A DNA stretch of 18,887 nucleotides from Bdellovibrionota bacterium (GCA_044356455.1 JBIKWF010000089.1:1-18887), one strand, 5' to 3'; positions 9,318-18,765 are shown, numbered from the stretch's first letter. Numbers and translations: made by a program. Notes: generated from the letters alone by a model not told the origin.

Positions 9318-9573
9318 GAAAACTATTCCACGCCTACCTAATCATGCGCCTCGGGGAAAGGAAACTCCCCCCAATCTCGGCCCACCCCATCATGGCGGCG
9401 CACCGGAATTAGGCAAAAGGAAAGGCTAATCACCATGTGATCTGCTTAAACCGCATTAACTTAGCTCTTACCGCTAGCAGCTGGCAAGATGGGGCGCCTG
9501 AGAATCCTGTCATTTTTATCATAAAATTCAGTGATCTACCCTATCCCTCGCGAGGTTTCTGGTGAGGTTACTG

Positions 9574-11502
9574 TCAGATATCGACCTCAAGTCGATGCGC
9601 GTTGTCCTGAATGAGGCGATAGCGCTCTTGTGTCTCTTTTCCGAAAAGGCTCTCTAAAACTTCTACAACCTGCTTTTCGTCATCCACACGCACCCGCATC
9701 AAGGTTCTCGTCTTCGGATTCAAGGTGGTCTCCCAAAGGGTCTTAGGATTCATTTCACCCAGTCCTTTGAAGCGAGTGATATGCAAATTCGAAGTCTTCG
9801 CGCGCTTCTTAAGAAACTCTTCCTTCTCAGCGTCTGAGTAAACCCAGTGCTCTTCCTCTTTTGAACCTGAACCGAAACGGAGCCGATAAAGAGGCGAAAG
9901 AGCAATATAGAGATGACCGCCATCTACGAGCGGACGCATGAACTTAAAGAAGAACGCCATGAGCAGAGATGCGATGTGCATTCCATCAGCATCAGCATCG
10001 GTCAGGATGATAATTCTTCCGTACCGGAGGCGATCAAGATTGCTTCGCTCTCCAAGTCCGCAACCAATCACCGAGACAAGATCAAGAAGCTCTTTGTTCT
10101 CCTTAAGCTTTGCCTCGGACGCAGCGATAGAATTCAGAACTTTACCACGCAGCGGCAGTACCGCTTGAGTTTCTCGATCGCGCCCTTGTTTCGCACTACC
10201 ACCTGCGGAATCTCCTTCCACAATGAAGAGTTCGGTATCGCCAGGACGGTTCGACGAACAATCAGCAAGCTTCCCCGGCAAGTTGAGCCGATGCGCGACG
10301 CCAATCTTTCGCGAGACATTCTCAGATGCCATACGAGCAGCGGCACGCGCGCGCGCCGCGCTGAGAACGCGCTCCACAATTTGAGCGGCAAGCTGCGGCT
10401 TGGAGTTGAGCGTATTCTCGAAGGACTTCGCTACCGCTTCAACAGGCCCCTCAATTTCAGGGTTATTGAGCTTATCTTTGGTTTGTCCCTGGAACTGGAG
10501 CTGGCTAATAGCACCCGGAACATTGACCGAGAGCACTCCCAGCAAGCCTTCGCGAATGTCTTCGCCGGTCAACTTCACGCCGCGGGGGACAAGATCGTGA
10601 ACGGAAAGATAATTACGAACTGCCTTAACCAGGCCGCCTTTAAATCCGTCTTCATGGCTTCCGCCTTCTGCGGTTGGAATCCCATTGACGTAGGAAAGAA
10701 CCTTTTCACTCGTTGCATCCGTCCAGCAAAACGCAAGTTCTATGCGAATGCCATCTGCGCGCTCCATATAGAAGCTTTCGCCGCCAAGGATTTCCACGCC
10801 CTGCCGAGTGACAAGCGCCGCGAGATAGGACTTGAGTCCATCATCATATTTGAACGCTTTCTCAGACCCGTCGCCTTCGTTCTTGAAAACAATGCTGAGA
10901 CCTTTGTTGAGAAACGCCTTCTCTTGGCACATCTTTTCAAGGCGCTCAGCAGAAAACTGTATCGACCGAAAAATGTCCGTGTCCGGTCTGAACGTGACCT
11001 TAGTGCCATGCTCCTTAGTTTTCGCCCCCTTCTCGAGCTTGCCTTGAGGTTTTCCTCTCTTGAAACTCTGAGACCATTCGTGACCGTCCCTTTGGACATG
11101 CACTTCAAGCTGCTCAGAGAGCGCATTCACCACAGAGGCGCCCACACCATGAAGTCCGCCAGCCGAAGTATAATTATCAGCAGAGAACTTTCCGCCTGCA
11201 TGGAGAGTCGTAAAGACTATTTCTAGGGCAGATTTCTTAAACTTTGGGTGCAAATCAACAGGTATGCCACGGCCGTTGTCCTCTACCGTGACACTTTCAC
11301 CGTCTTTATGCAGGGTCACCGTAATGGCACTGGCGTGCCCGTTCATTGCCTCATCAATTGAGTTATCAAGAATCTCTTTGACAAGGTGATGCAACCCTTG
11401 CGGGCCCTCGGTCCCACCAATGTACATACCCGGCCTGCGCCTCACAGGCTCAAGCCCTTCGAGAACCTCGATGTCTGACGCGCGGTATTCGCTCTTTCCC
11501 AT
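9574..11502 (-). CDS. parE: Type IIA topoisomerase subunit B, probably topoisomerase IV ParE
   Basis: LEGLEPVRRRPGMYIG, EILDNSIDE, DNGRGIP, LHAGGKF, GGLHGVGASVVNALS (GHKL ATPase); EGDSAGGSAKQGR, PLRGK, TDADADG (TOPRIM); RFKGLGEMN. Starts 8 nt after the A-subunit stop. Confidence 0.9.
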   Translation of the reverse strand: MGKSEYRASDIEVLEGLEPVRRRPGMYIGGTEGPQGLHHLVKEILDNSIDEAMNGHASAITVTLHKDGESVTVEDNGRGIPVDLHPKFKKSALEIVFTTLHAGGKFSADNYTSAGGLHGVGASVVNALSEQLEVHVQRDGHEWSQSFKRGKPQGKLEKGAKTKEHGTKVTFRPDTDIFRSIQFSAERLEKMCQEKAFLNKGLSIVFKNEGDGSEKAFKYDDGLKSYLAALVTRQGVEILGGESFYMERADGIRIELAFCWTDATSEKVLSYVNGIPTAEGGSHEDGFKGGLVKAVRNYLSVHDLVPRGVKLTGEDIREGLLGVLSVNVPGAISQLQFQGQTKDKLNNPEIEGPVEAVAKSFENTLNSKPQLAAQIVERVLSAARARAAARMASENVSRKIGVAHRLNLPGKLADCSSNRPGDTELFIVEGDSAGGSAKQGRDRETQAVLPLRGKVLNSIAASEAKLKENKELLDLVSVIGCGLGERSNLDRLRYGRIIILTDADADGMHIASLLMAFFFKFMRPLVDGGHLYIALSPLYRLRFGSGSKEEEHWVYSDAEKEEFLKKRAKTSNLHITRFKGLGEMNPKTLWETTLNPKTRTLMRVRVDDEKQVVEVLESLFGKETQERYRLIQDNAHRLEVDI

Positions 11503-11510
11503 ACCTGACT

Positions 11511-13820
11511 CTATACTTTTAAGCTTGTTTGTTGCGGTGCCTTCTCTACGCGCACGATATCATCGCGTACGCCGACCTTATTGCCCTTCAGGGCACGGCT
11601 ACCTTCAACTACTTCTTTACTTGAAATATCTTTGGTTTTACCGGTGGAAAGCAGCATCTGAAGCGCAGCGTTACCGCGGTGGCAGACCGCTGCGACGCAG
11701 CGATCCCCTTCCCGCACGCCCAAGAGGGAAACACCAACGGCGGCACTGTCGCGTACTGGAATTTCTTTGAATTCAATCCTAAGTCCCGAGCCTTTCTGCG
11801 AGAAGAGACTGACCTGCGTATCGGTCCCAGGCACACAAAGCGACGCTGCGCCAAGTTCATCACCGTCTCGAAGCTTCATAGCACGCTTACCGCTACGCTT
11901 AATCGACTCAAGCCCTTCAAGCTTGAGAATGAAGCCAACGCCGTCCTTGGAAACAAGGAGTACGTGATCATCATTTTTTACAAGATAAGGGTAGCCAATC
12001 TGAGGCGAGCCAGCTTCAGGCGCTTTGTCCGTTAGCTTCATGCCAAAGCTCTCTACTATTCGCTCCCCATCCTTAAACTTAAGGAGCTTTTGCACGGGGT
12101 CTCCGTAACCACTAGAAGACGGGAAATCCGTTACCTTAAGAGAGTAGAGATTTCCGTGGTTCGTGAGAAACGCCACCATATCGAGAGTTGAGAGCGGATG
12201 TGCTCGGCGAATGCCATCACCTTCACGAAGCCGAGTAGACTCAAGCTCGTTATTCTGACGAATACGCTTAATCCAACCGTCGTTGGTAACTATCGCGTAC
12301 ACATCCTCATGAACAACGTAATCTTCCTCGTTGAACTCAATTTCAATTGGCTCAGTCACGAGCTTGGAGAATCGCTTGTCACCAAAGGTCTCGCTCACGA
12401 GCTCGAGGTCCTTTTTGACGATTGAAGCGATCTTATCCTTGCTCTTAAGGATAATGTCGATCTCCTTCACTCGTCCGCCCTTCTCCTTAAGTTCCGCCCG
12501 GATTTCGTCAATGTTGGTCTTAGAGAGCTGATAGATTCGCATGTCAACGACGGCAAAGGACTGGATTTCCGTCAGCTTGAAGCGTGCCTGCAGCTTTTTG
12601 GCCGCATCGGTTCTGCCATCGCTTTTGCGCACAATCTTAAGTGCCTCATCGAGCGCGTCGTAGATTGCAATCAAGCCTTCCAGGATATGGATGCGTTCGA
12701 GGAGCTTCTTTCGCTCGTATTGCAGCTTCTTCTGAACAACTTCCTCACGGAAATTAAGGAAGTGCTGCAAGCAGTCTCTCAGCGAGAGGAGCTCAGGACG
12801 GCAGGTCGCTGGGCCACAAGGGACCAGCGCGGTCATATTAACAGGGAAGTTGCTCTCAATTGGCGTATGTTTAAATAAATATGCCATCGCCACTTCCGGA
12901 TCCGCCCCGGAGGCAAGCTCGAGAACCACTCGAACTTCGCTGGTAGATTCGTCTCGCACATCCAGGAGCTGCGGAACCTTCTTTTCGATAATTGCAGTCG
13001 CAATCTTCTCAACTAACTGCGATTTGTTTACCGCATACGGAATAGAAGAAATGACAATAAAGCGCTTACCTCGCGCCGTCTCCTCTGTTCTCCACTCTCC
13101 TCGCATGCGAATGGCGCCGCGACCCGTGCGGTAAATCTCAGTTAGTTCCTTGCGGGTATTGAGGATAAGACAGCCCGTGGGAAAGTCTGGGCCCTTGATC
13201 GTCCCCGCGAGCTTCGCGTTGCTCACCTCAGGATCCTCAAGAAGCTCAAGGAGTGCCTTTACCGTATCTTTTAAATTATGTGGGGGGATGCTTGTCGCCA
13301 TTCCCACTGCAATACCCGAAGCCCCGTTGACCAAGAGATTGGGAATACGGCTGGGCAAAACCACAGGTTCACGTTCGGTGGCATCGAAATTGTCGCGAAA
13401 ATCAACGGTTTCCTCATCGATTTCGCCGATTACCTCGACTGCAATTTGTCGCAATCTCGCTTCGGTATAACGGTAGGCAGCTGCGTTATCACCATCGACC
13501 GAGCCGAAGTTTCCCTGACCATCAACAAGCGGGTAGCGCAGTGAAAAGTCTTGCGCCATGCGAACCATGGCCTCATAACACGCCACGTCGCCATGCGGGT
13601 GATAACTCGCGAGAACCTTACCAACAATCGCCGCGGATTTTCGGTGCCCGCCATCGGGCAAGAGGCGCAAATCACGCGCCATTGAAAAGAGAATACGCCT
13701 TTGAACGGGCTTAAGCCCATCTCGCACGTCTGGGAGCGCGCGTCCCGTTACTACGCTAAGCGCATACGTAAGAAAGCGATCGCGCGATTCTCTTTGCAAA
13801 GAGGCATCAATAATTCCCAT
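11511..13820 (-). CDS. parC: Type IIA topoisomerase subunit A, probably topoisomerase IV ParC
   Basis: [29 protein letters not shown], catalytic Tyr in [22 protein letters not shown]. The C-terminal domain begins [13 protein letters not shown] with no GyrA-box (QxRGGKG). Confidence 0.88.
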   Translation of the reverse strand: MGIIDASLQRESRDRFLTYALSVVTGRALPDVRDGLKPVQRRILFSMARDLRLLPDGGHRKSAAIVGKVLASYHPHGDVACYEAMVRMAQDFSLRYPLVDGQGNFGSVDGDNAAAYRYTEARLRQIAVEVIGEIDEETVDFRDNFDATEREPVVLPSRIPNLLVNGASGIAVGMATSIPPHNLKDTVKALLELLEDPEVSNAKLAGTIKGPDFPTGCLILNTRKELTEIYRTGRGAIRMRGEWRTEETARGKRFIVISSIPYAVNKSQLVEKIATAIIEKKVPQLLDVRDESTSEVRVVLELASGADPEVAMAYLFKHTPIESNFPVNMTALVPCGPATCRPELLSLRDCLQHFLNFREEVVQKKLQYERKKLLERIHILEGLIAIYDALDEALKIVRKSDGRTDAAKKLQARFKLTEIQSFAVVDMRIYQLSKTNIDEIRAELKEKGGRVKEIDIILKSKDKIASIVKKDLELVSETFGDKRFSKLVTEPIEIEFNEEDYVVHEDVYAIVTNDGWIKRIRQNNELESTRLREGDGIRRAHPLSTLDMVAFLTNHGNLYSLKVTDFPSSSGYGDPVQKLLKFKDGERIVESFGMKLTDKAPEAGSPQIGYPYLVKNDDHVLLVSKDGVGFILKLEGLESIKRSGKRAMKLRDGDELGAASLCVPGTDTQVSLFSQKGSGLRIEFKEIPVRDSAAVGVSLLGVREGDRCVAAVCHRGNAALQMLLSTGKTKDISSKEVVEGSRALKGNKVGVRDDIVRVEKAPQQTSLKV

Positions 13821-14085
13821 GAGCGTTCAACAAAAAAAGAAGATTCATTACCAGAAGTGGCACTCCTCAGCCGCTTAAAGCCGCGAGAAGTTTCAGACGG
13901 TGCCGTAACCGCTTACCACAGCTCACCGCTCACGCAGCAAACCGCACACTCTGTCTACCGCGAGAGAGATTCCCTTTCGAGGCGCCGTAAGAGTACTCGA
14001 AGGTACGGCGTAGCGTAAAGGTGGCGCAGAAGCTTGCACCTCGAAGCAGAAGTTCCACAATAAGCCTAACGCTCTTCTGAAAAAA

Positions 14086-14289
14086 TTATTTTGCCCGTGC
14101 GGGTCTTGACTCGGCCCCAGTCGCCGGAATCGAAGCCGCCTGAGTCGCGGAAGGAGATGCCGGGGTATCAAAGAAAAGCACCTCGCAGAGGGGAATAGCA
14201 AGAAGCACAACCAGGGCTGCACAGAAGCCAAGAGCAATCAGCTCAATGGAGCCTGCTTCTGAGGCGCAATTTGATGGTGCTCGCATCAC
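14086..14289 (-). CDS. Small single-pass membrane protein (67 aa)
   Basis: Purine-rich RBS-like AGGAAAGGGG just upstream of GTG/ATG; hydrophobic segment LIALGFCAALVVLLAIPL followed by an Ala/Ser/Pro-rich tail. Confidence 0.5.
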   Translation of the reverse strand: MMRAPSNCASEAGSIELIALGFCAALVVLLAIPLCEVLFFDTPASPSATQAASIPATGAESRPARAK

Positions 14290-14741
14290 AGGCGAATTCC
14301 CCTTTCCTATACTATCGGCCTAGAGAGGCAAGTGGTTGAGGAGGGTAACTGCCTGGATAAACAGGACTTTTCCGGGGGTCTCGATTCTTATGACATCTCC
14401 GTGCAGTTTTGCGCCCTCGGCAGTAACGTTTATCACCAAAAACTCCCCACAGAGGACTTGGGGGAGGCGCACCGAGGAGATTTAAGAAGAGACGTTGTTA
14501 AGAAATTCTCAACGCTTAATTGCCAACAACGCGCACGCGAAGAGGGATATTCTCGCTCCGTTTTCTGCCCATTCTCGCTAAAAGCTCTAAAGTGCCGCAT
14601 ACAGGAGTGGCAAGAACGTTAACTTTCGAGCAAGCTTGAAAGGAGAATCAGGCTCCAGAAGGGCGCTCTCCCCTTGCTTGTTTATGGCATCTTCAAGAAA
14701 ATTTACTCGGATCTGAAGTCCACTCTTTTTTGGGTCTCCGC

Positions 14742-15272
14742 ATGTCAACCACGCCTCCGCCCTCCCGCAATCAACAAAAGCGCACACTCTTAGAGCGCTT
14801 TCTCGAGGAGGACTACGCGTTCATTCACATCAAGGTAAAAACTCCTGGGCTTGTTCTCCCTCTCAACGTAATGCAAGAGGAGATGACTACCTTGAAGGTG
14901 AGCTTCAATTTTCAAGGAGCTATGACCCTCTCCGACGAAGGTATTGTTGCTGAGCTCTCCTTCGGAAACCGCTCTTTCTCCTGTAAAATACCCTGGGAAG
15001 CGATCTGGGCCATGACCTCTATCAAAGACGAGCGCCTGATGTGGACAGACGAGCTCCCCGCAGAAGTACTGAAATCACTTTCGCAGGCCCCTTCAGAGCC
15101 CACGCCTGCTGCTGCAACCAGCACCTCTGAATCAGAACCTTCTCCCAGCGCCTCTCCGGCAAAGGCTAAGCCGGCACTCGCACCTAGCCCCGCGGTTACC
15201 CAAGACCTAGAAGAGCAGGCTCCCCCTCCGCGCAAACCACCCTCGAGACCTCAGCTCAAGCGCATCAAATAA
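14742..15272 (+). CDS. sspB: SspB-like ClpXP specificity-enhancing factor
   Basis: Core PGLVLP...LSDEGIVAELSFG...CKIPWEAIWAM, a disordered Pro/Ser/Ala linker, and C-terminal RPQLKRIK resembling the ClpX-binding tail of E. coli SspB (RPALRVVK). ATG at 14742 preferred as start. Confidence 0.82.
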   Translation: MSTTPPPSRNQQKRTLLERFLEEDYAFIHIKVKTPGLVLPLNVMQEEMTTLKVSFNFQGAMTLSDEGIVAELSFGNRSFSCKIPWEAIWAMTSIKDERLMWTDELPAEVLKSLSQAPSEPTPAAATSTSESEPSPSASPAKAKPALAPSPAVTQDLEEQAPPPRKPPSRPQLKRIK

Positions 15273-15398
15273 TGACCAGCCCTGAGGTAATCGCCCGAAA
15301 ATATTGCTGTTAGGCGCCTCTTAGGTGTGCTACTTCCAACGCGGTATCTTTTTTCTACCGTCGCACCTTCAACTTATCTAATAACCGTGGATTCCTGC

Positions 15399-17459
15399 AT
15401 GTCCCGCATAGACACGTACAGCAAAACCGACCAACTCTGTATCAACACCATCCGCACTCTCGCGATGGACGCCGTTCAAGCCGCAAACTCAGGCCACCCA
15501 GGCACTCCCATGGCCATGGCGCCCGTTGCCTACCAACTCTGGAACCATTTTCTTAAATTCGACCCAAGCGATCCCATCTGGCCCAACCGCGACCGCTTCG
15601 TGCTCTCCATGGGTCACGCCTCAATGCTCCTGTACTCGATGCTGCATCTGACAGGCGTAAAAGCCGTGAACAAGAAATACGAGCGACTTGGGGAGCTCTC
15701 AGTTACCCTCGATGATATTAAGCGCTTCCGCCAGCTCGATAGCCGCTGCGCAGGTCACCCCGAGTACCGCTGGACCTCTGGTATTGAAACTACCACTGGG
15801 CCCTTAGGCCAGGGCGTTGCGACCAGCGTCGGTATGGCAATCGCCGGAAAGTGGATGGGAAATTATTTCAATCGTCCTGATTTTGAAATGTTCAACTACA
15901 GCACCTATGCGCTCTGCGGCGATGGGTGTCTCATGGAAGGTATTTCTAGCGAAGCCGCATCTCTCGCGGGGCACTTAAAGCTCAACAATCTTTGCTGGAT
16001 TTACGACAACAACAAAATCACCATCGAAGGCCATACCGAATGGGCCTTCTCGGAAGATGTGGCGACGCGCTTTATCTCCGCAGGCTGGAACGTCACCCGC
16101 GTAGGAGACGCGAACGATCTCGACATGCTTGAGAGAGCCTTCAAATTATTCCAGCGCACGACAGACCGGCCCACACTGATCATTGTGGATAGCCATATCG
16201 CCTGGGGCGCACCGAATAAACAAGATACCCATGCCGCGCACGGCGAGCCTCTTGGCGAAGAAGAGATTAAACTAACAAAGCGTAACTACGGCTGGCCGGA
16301 AGATGCAAAGTTTCTTGTTCCCCCGGAAGTTACGGCTCACTTTGCTTCTCGTATCGGCGCCCGAGGTAAGGAGCTTCGTGACTCATGGTTCAAGAAGTTA
16401 GAGGACTACCGCAAGAAGTATCCAGAACTCGCCACGCAGCTCGAGCAAATGCAGCGCCGCGAGCTACCAAAAGGTTGGGACAAAGATCTGCAGCCGTTCC
16501 CTGCTGACCCTAAAGGCGTGGCAGGACGCGACGCTTCAGGCAAAGTTCTTAATGCCATTGCAAAGAACGTTCCCTGGCTCATCGGCGGTTCTGCAGACCT
16601 CGCTCCTTCGACCAAAACCAGGCTCACGTTTGAGGGCGCAGGCGACTTCACGGCTCACGAAGTAGGCGGCCGCAACATGCACTTTGGCATCCGCGAACAC
16701 GCCATGGGCGCGGTGCTTAATGGTATGTCGCTCTCAAAAGTTCGTCCTTACGGATCAGGATTTCTCATCTTCAGTGATTACGGCCGGGCACCGATTCGCC
16801 TTGGCGCAATCATGGAGATTCCAACGATTCACATCTTCACTCACGACTCTATTGGCGTCGGCGAAGATGGCCCGACCCATCAGCCCATCGAGCAGCTGCC
16901 CTCACTTCGCGCAGTACCAGGCGTTCTCACGATTCGGCCTGGAGACGCGAACGAGGTTCTCGAAGCCTGGCGCATGGTAATGCAGTTCTCGCATGAGCCA
17001 ACTATTATGGTGCTCTCACGCCAGGCCCTTCCCACCGTCGACCGCTCCAAATACGCCTCAGCAGCCGGAGTCGCCAAAGGAGCCTATGTGCTTGCAGATG
17101 CGCAAGGCGGCAAACCCCAAGTGATCCTGATGGCATCGGGAAGTGAAGTATCGCTTTGCCTCTCGGCCTACGAGCAGCTCACCAAAGAGGGCATCAAAGC
17201 ACGCGTGGTAAGCATGCCTTGCTGGGAACTTTTTGAGCACCAGCCCCAAGCGTACCGGGACGAAGTGCTGCCGCCCGATGTTCGAGCACGCGTTTCGGTG
17301 GAGCAGGCCTCTACCTTCGGATGGGAGCGTTACGTTGGTCTCGATGGCGCGATGATCGGAATGAAGAGCTTTGGCGCTTCAGCACCACTTAAGGAACTCC
17401 AAAAGAAGTTTGGGTTCACGGTTGAAAATGTGGTGAGCACGGCGAAAGAGCTGCTTTAA
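15399..17459 (+). CDS. tkt: Transketolase (copy 2)
   Basis: [40 protein letters not shown]...[41 protein letters not shown] at 15399 preferred over GTG 15327. Confidence 0.97.
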   Translation: MSRIDTYSKTDQLCINTIRTLAMDAVQAANSGHPGTPMAMAPVAYQLWNHFLKFDPSDPIWPNRDRFVLSMGHASMLLYSMLHLTGVKAVNKKYERLGELSVTLDDIKRFRQLDSRCAGHPEYRWTSGIETTTGPLGQGVATSVGMAIAGKWMGNYFNRPDFEMFNYSTYALCGDGCLMEGISSEAASLAGHLKLNNLCWIYDNNKITIEGHTEWAFSEDVATRFISAGWNVTRVGDANDLDMLERAFKLFQRTTDRPTLIIVDSHIAWGAPNKQDTHAAHGEPLGEEEIKLTKRNYGWPEDAKFLVPPEVTAHFASRIGARGKELRDSWFKKLEDYRKKYPELATQLEQMQRRELPKGWDKDLQPFPADPKGVAGRDASGKVLNAIAKNVPWLIGGSADLAPSTKTRLTFEGAGDFTAHEVGGRNMHFGIREHAMGAVLNGMSLSKVRPYGSGFLIFSDYGRAPIRLGAIMEIPTIHIFTHDSIGVGEDGPTHQPIEQLPSLRAVPGVLTIRPGDANEVLEAWRMVMQFSHEPTIMVLSRQALPTVDRSKYASAAGVAKGAYVLADAQGGKPQVILMASGSEVSLCLSAYEQLTKEGIKARVVSMPCWELFEHQPQAYRDEVLPPDVRARVSVEQASTFGWERYVGLDGAMIGMKSFGASAPLKELQKKFGFTVENVVSTAKELL

Positions 17460-17473
17460 TTAGTCAGTGATAA

Positions 17474-17515
17474 AGAAAGGGGCACCCGGCTCTTGAGAGC
17501 TGGGTGCCCCTTTCT
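17474..17515. terminator. Long hairpin, probably a bidirectional terminator between tkt copy 2 and the hutD-like gene
   Basis: 19-bp stem AGAAAGGGGCACCCGGCTC/GAGCTGGGTGCCCCTTTCT (one G-T pair), loop TTGA, lying between convergent stop codons. Confidence 0.85.
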
Positions 17516-17531
17516 CTTGAGCCACTTGTAA

Positions 17532-18140
17532 TCAAAGCTCAATCACGATTCCAAACGCCGAAGAGCTATCTCCTCGAACTACAATCTCCTTCGCCTGCAA
17601 ATGAGGACGCCTCATAAGGCACGCATCAAACTTTCCTAAGTTCATGCGGGCGCCTCCGCAGGAGACATGAAGAGTCCCGCTTAAACAGACAACAACGCAA
17701 GGTCGCCCATGCTCAAACACCCTGTACTCTGCGTCACCCAAAAGAGGCGAAACTCGAACAGCGCTTCCTTCAGCATAAATAACATTGAAATCACGAACTG
17801 GCCCGTCAAGCAGCTGGGCGGAAACATTATCAGAGCCACTGAACTCCACGCGATCAAAAGGATGTTGCAGAATTTCGCGGCGCTCGGATTCAGCGCCCGC
17901 GAAGTGCAGTTCCATCCCGTTCCCTTCAAGAAGATAAAGAATGCGATGATAGCCCGGGAGTAAGGTGAAGGGCCCTGGCTGCATGACCGTCGCGGTACTA
18001 ATGCGGCACTCAAAATTTCTCTCCGAGAACGTGGCGGCGGGAGGAAAAATTGCAATCTCAGTGGTCTCTCCTCCTGTCCAGCGGCTCGTCCGATGGGAAG
18101 AAGACCGTAGCACGCAGCACCCCTCGACTGGTCTCTCCAT
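17532..18140 (-). CDS. hutD: HutD/Ves family protein
   Basis: WTGGETTEIAIFP, RISTATV, GPFTLLPGYHRILYLLEGNG, VRDFNVI; RBS AAGGAG at 18151-18156 on the - strand. Confidence 0.85.
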   Translation of the reverse strand: MERPVEGCCVLRSSSHRTSRWTGGETTEIAIFPPAATFSERNFECRISTATVMQPGPFTLLPGYHRILYLLEGNGMELHFAGAESERREILQHPFDRVEFSGSDNVSAQLLDGPVRDFNVIYAEGSAVRVSPLLGDAEYRVFEHGRPCVVVCLSGTLHVSCGGARMNLGKFDACLMRRPHLQAKEIVVRGDSSSAFGIVIEL

Positions 18141-18282
18141 ACCTATCTGTCTCCTTGCAACATGTTCTTACAGAATACCAGCAGCAATGCCATATTGCGT
18201 TACGGCACTTCTGCAGACGTTCACCACGCACTGAAGCTACTGGCCGCCAGCGGAACTTACCGAAAATTGAAGTTGCTGCGCG

Positions 18283-18381
18283 GAGTGCCTGCCGCAGAAG
18301 TGCCAAAGCCTTTACTTTTTGTGCCCGCGCCAAGAATCCGTAGTAGCGCACTCTGACGAATCCTCACGGCAGGAGATGCAG
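18283..18381 (-). pseudogene. IS91-family transposase, C-terminal fragment
   Basis: Translates LHLLP*GFVRVRYYGFLARAQKVKALALLRQAL, matching the IS91 Y2-transposase motif LHVLPxGFxRIRxYGFLA. In-frame TGA at 18364-18366; N-terminal part absent. Confidence 0.8.
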
Positions 18382-18382
18382 G

Positions 18383-18487
18383 CCGCACATGAAACAGGTA
18401 TAATTCCTCAGAATGCTTAGTGTAATTCCGCAGCCGCAAATCCTCTTTCATTCGCTCACGAAGTGGCGTAGCCCCTTTCTTAGTCAT
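18383..18487 (-). pseudogene. Tyrosine recombinase N-terminal (SAM-like) fragment
   Basis: MTKKGATPLRERMKEDLRLRNYTKHSEELYLFHVR matches the TPLRxRMxEDxxLRNYSxxTxxxY start of the integrases that accompany IS91-type transposases. RBS AGGAG upstream; similarity stops after 35 codons. Confidence 0.8.
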
Positions 18488-18633
18488 GACTTCTCCTGTG
18501 TTTGTGTAGGCTTTCGATTTCGAAATCTCCGCTCTACACAACTCTGGAGTTTTTTTCGCCAAGATTCGTTCTCGACTTTCAGATAGGCTTTGGGGCGGTC
18601 GGGTGGTGCCGTGCCCCCCCTCTCTCTTATTCA

Positions 18634-18663
18634 CAAAAAGAAGGACTGGCTTGCGCCAGTCCT
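18634..18663 (-). terminator. Intrinsic terminator-like hairpin upstream of the integrase remnant
   Basis: Minus strand reads AGGACTGGC-GCAA-GCCAGTCCT then TCTTTTTG: 9-bp stem, GNRA loop, U-rich tail. Confidence 0.55.
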
Positions 18664-18714
18664 CTATTCTTCACCACTATCGTTTCAATTAGGAACCCCC
18701 GCGATCGCGGATCA

Positions 18715-18765
18715 GTTCAGCGGCTTAAATGTGCCGCCGCGAAGCGATCGGCACGATTTGTTTGT
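18715..18765 (-). other. Integron attC-like site (the + strand is the bottom strand), interrupted in R'' by the intron
   Basis: R' GTTCAGC (GCTGAAC on -, 6/7 match to GTTRRRY); 6-nt spacer; L' AATGTGC; central hairpin with GAA loop; L'' GCACGATT with extrahelical G18755; 5-nt spacer; GT of R''. Confidence 0.65.

Larger units (their letters stand above)
18283..18718 (-). mobile_element. Internally deleted integrase/IS91-type element
   Basis: Integrase start joined out of frame to a transposase end. Upstream non-coding part ends in the palindrome CCGCGATCGCGG (18699-18710) and GTTC (18715-18718), an IS91-family terminal/target tetranucleotide. The other end was not located. Confidence 0.65.

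Noticed and set aside
9913..11226. 437-aa plus-strand ORF
   Set aside because: Lies wholly antisense to parE with no recognisable motifs; most likely a shadow ORF produced by codon bias.
11511..13820. Calling the topoisomerase pair gyrA/gyrB
   Set aside because: No GyrA-box and a short, degenerate C-terminal domain favour topoisomerase IV, though phylogeny is needed to be sure.
13983..14010. Inverted repeat CGCCGTA...TACGGCG
   Set aside because: Only a 7-bp stem with a large loop and no U-tract; no function can be supported.
13923..14237. 104-aa minus-strand ORF overlapping the 67-aa membrane-protein ORF
   Set aside because: TTG start without a clear RBS; the overlapping 67-aa frame has the better RBS and a coherent transmembrane segment.
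14341..14437. Possible c-di-GMP-I (GEMM) riboswitch on the minus strand (GGGCGCAAAACTGC...GCAGTTACC)
   Set aside because: The GNRA-capped stem expected before the GCAAA motif is missing, so the match is only partial. An Rfam cmscan would settle it.
14460..14515. Glycine-riboswitch-like words (CACCGAGGAG...AAATTCTCA)
   Set aside because: Required stems and the CUCUCAGG motif are absent, and no glycine-related gene follows.
18257..18634. 125-aa minus-strand ORF as an intact gene
   Set aside because: Only 18383-18487 resembles an integrase. The rest is hairpin-rich leader and out-of-frame read-through past the deletion junction.
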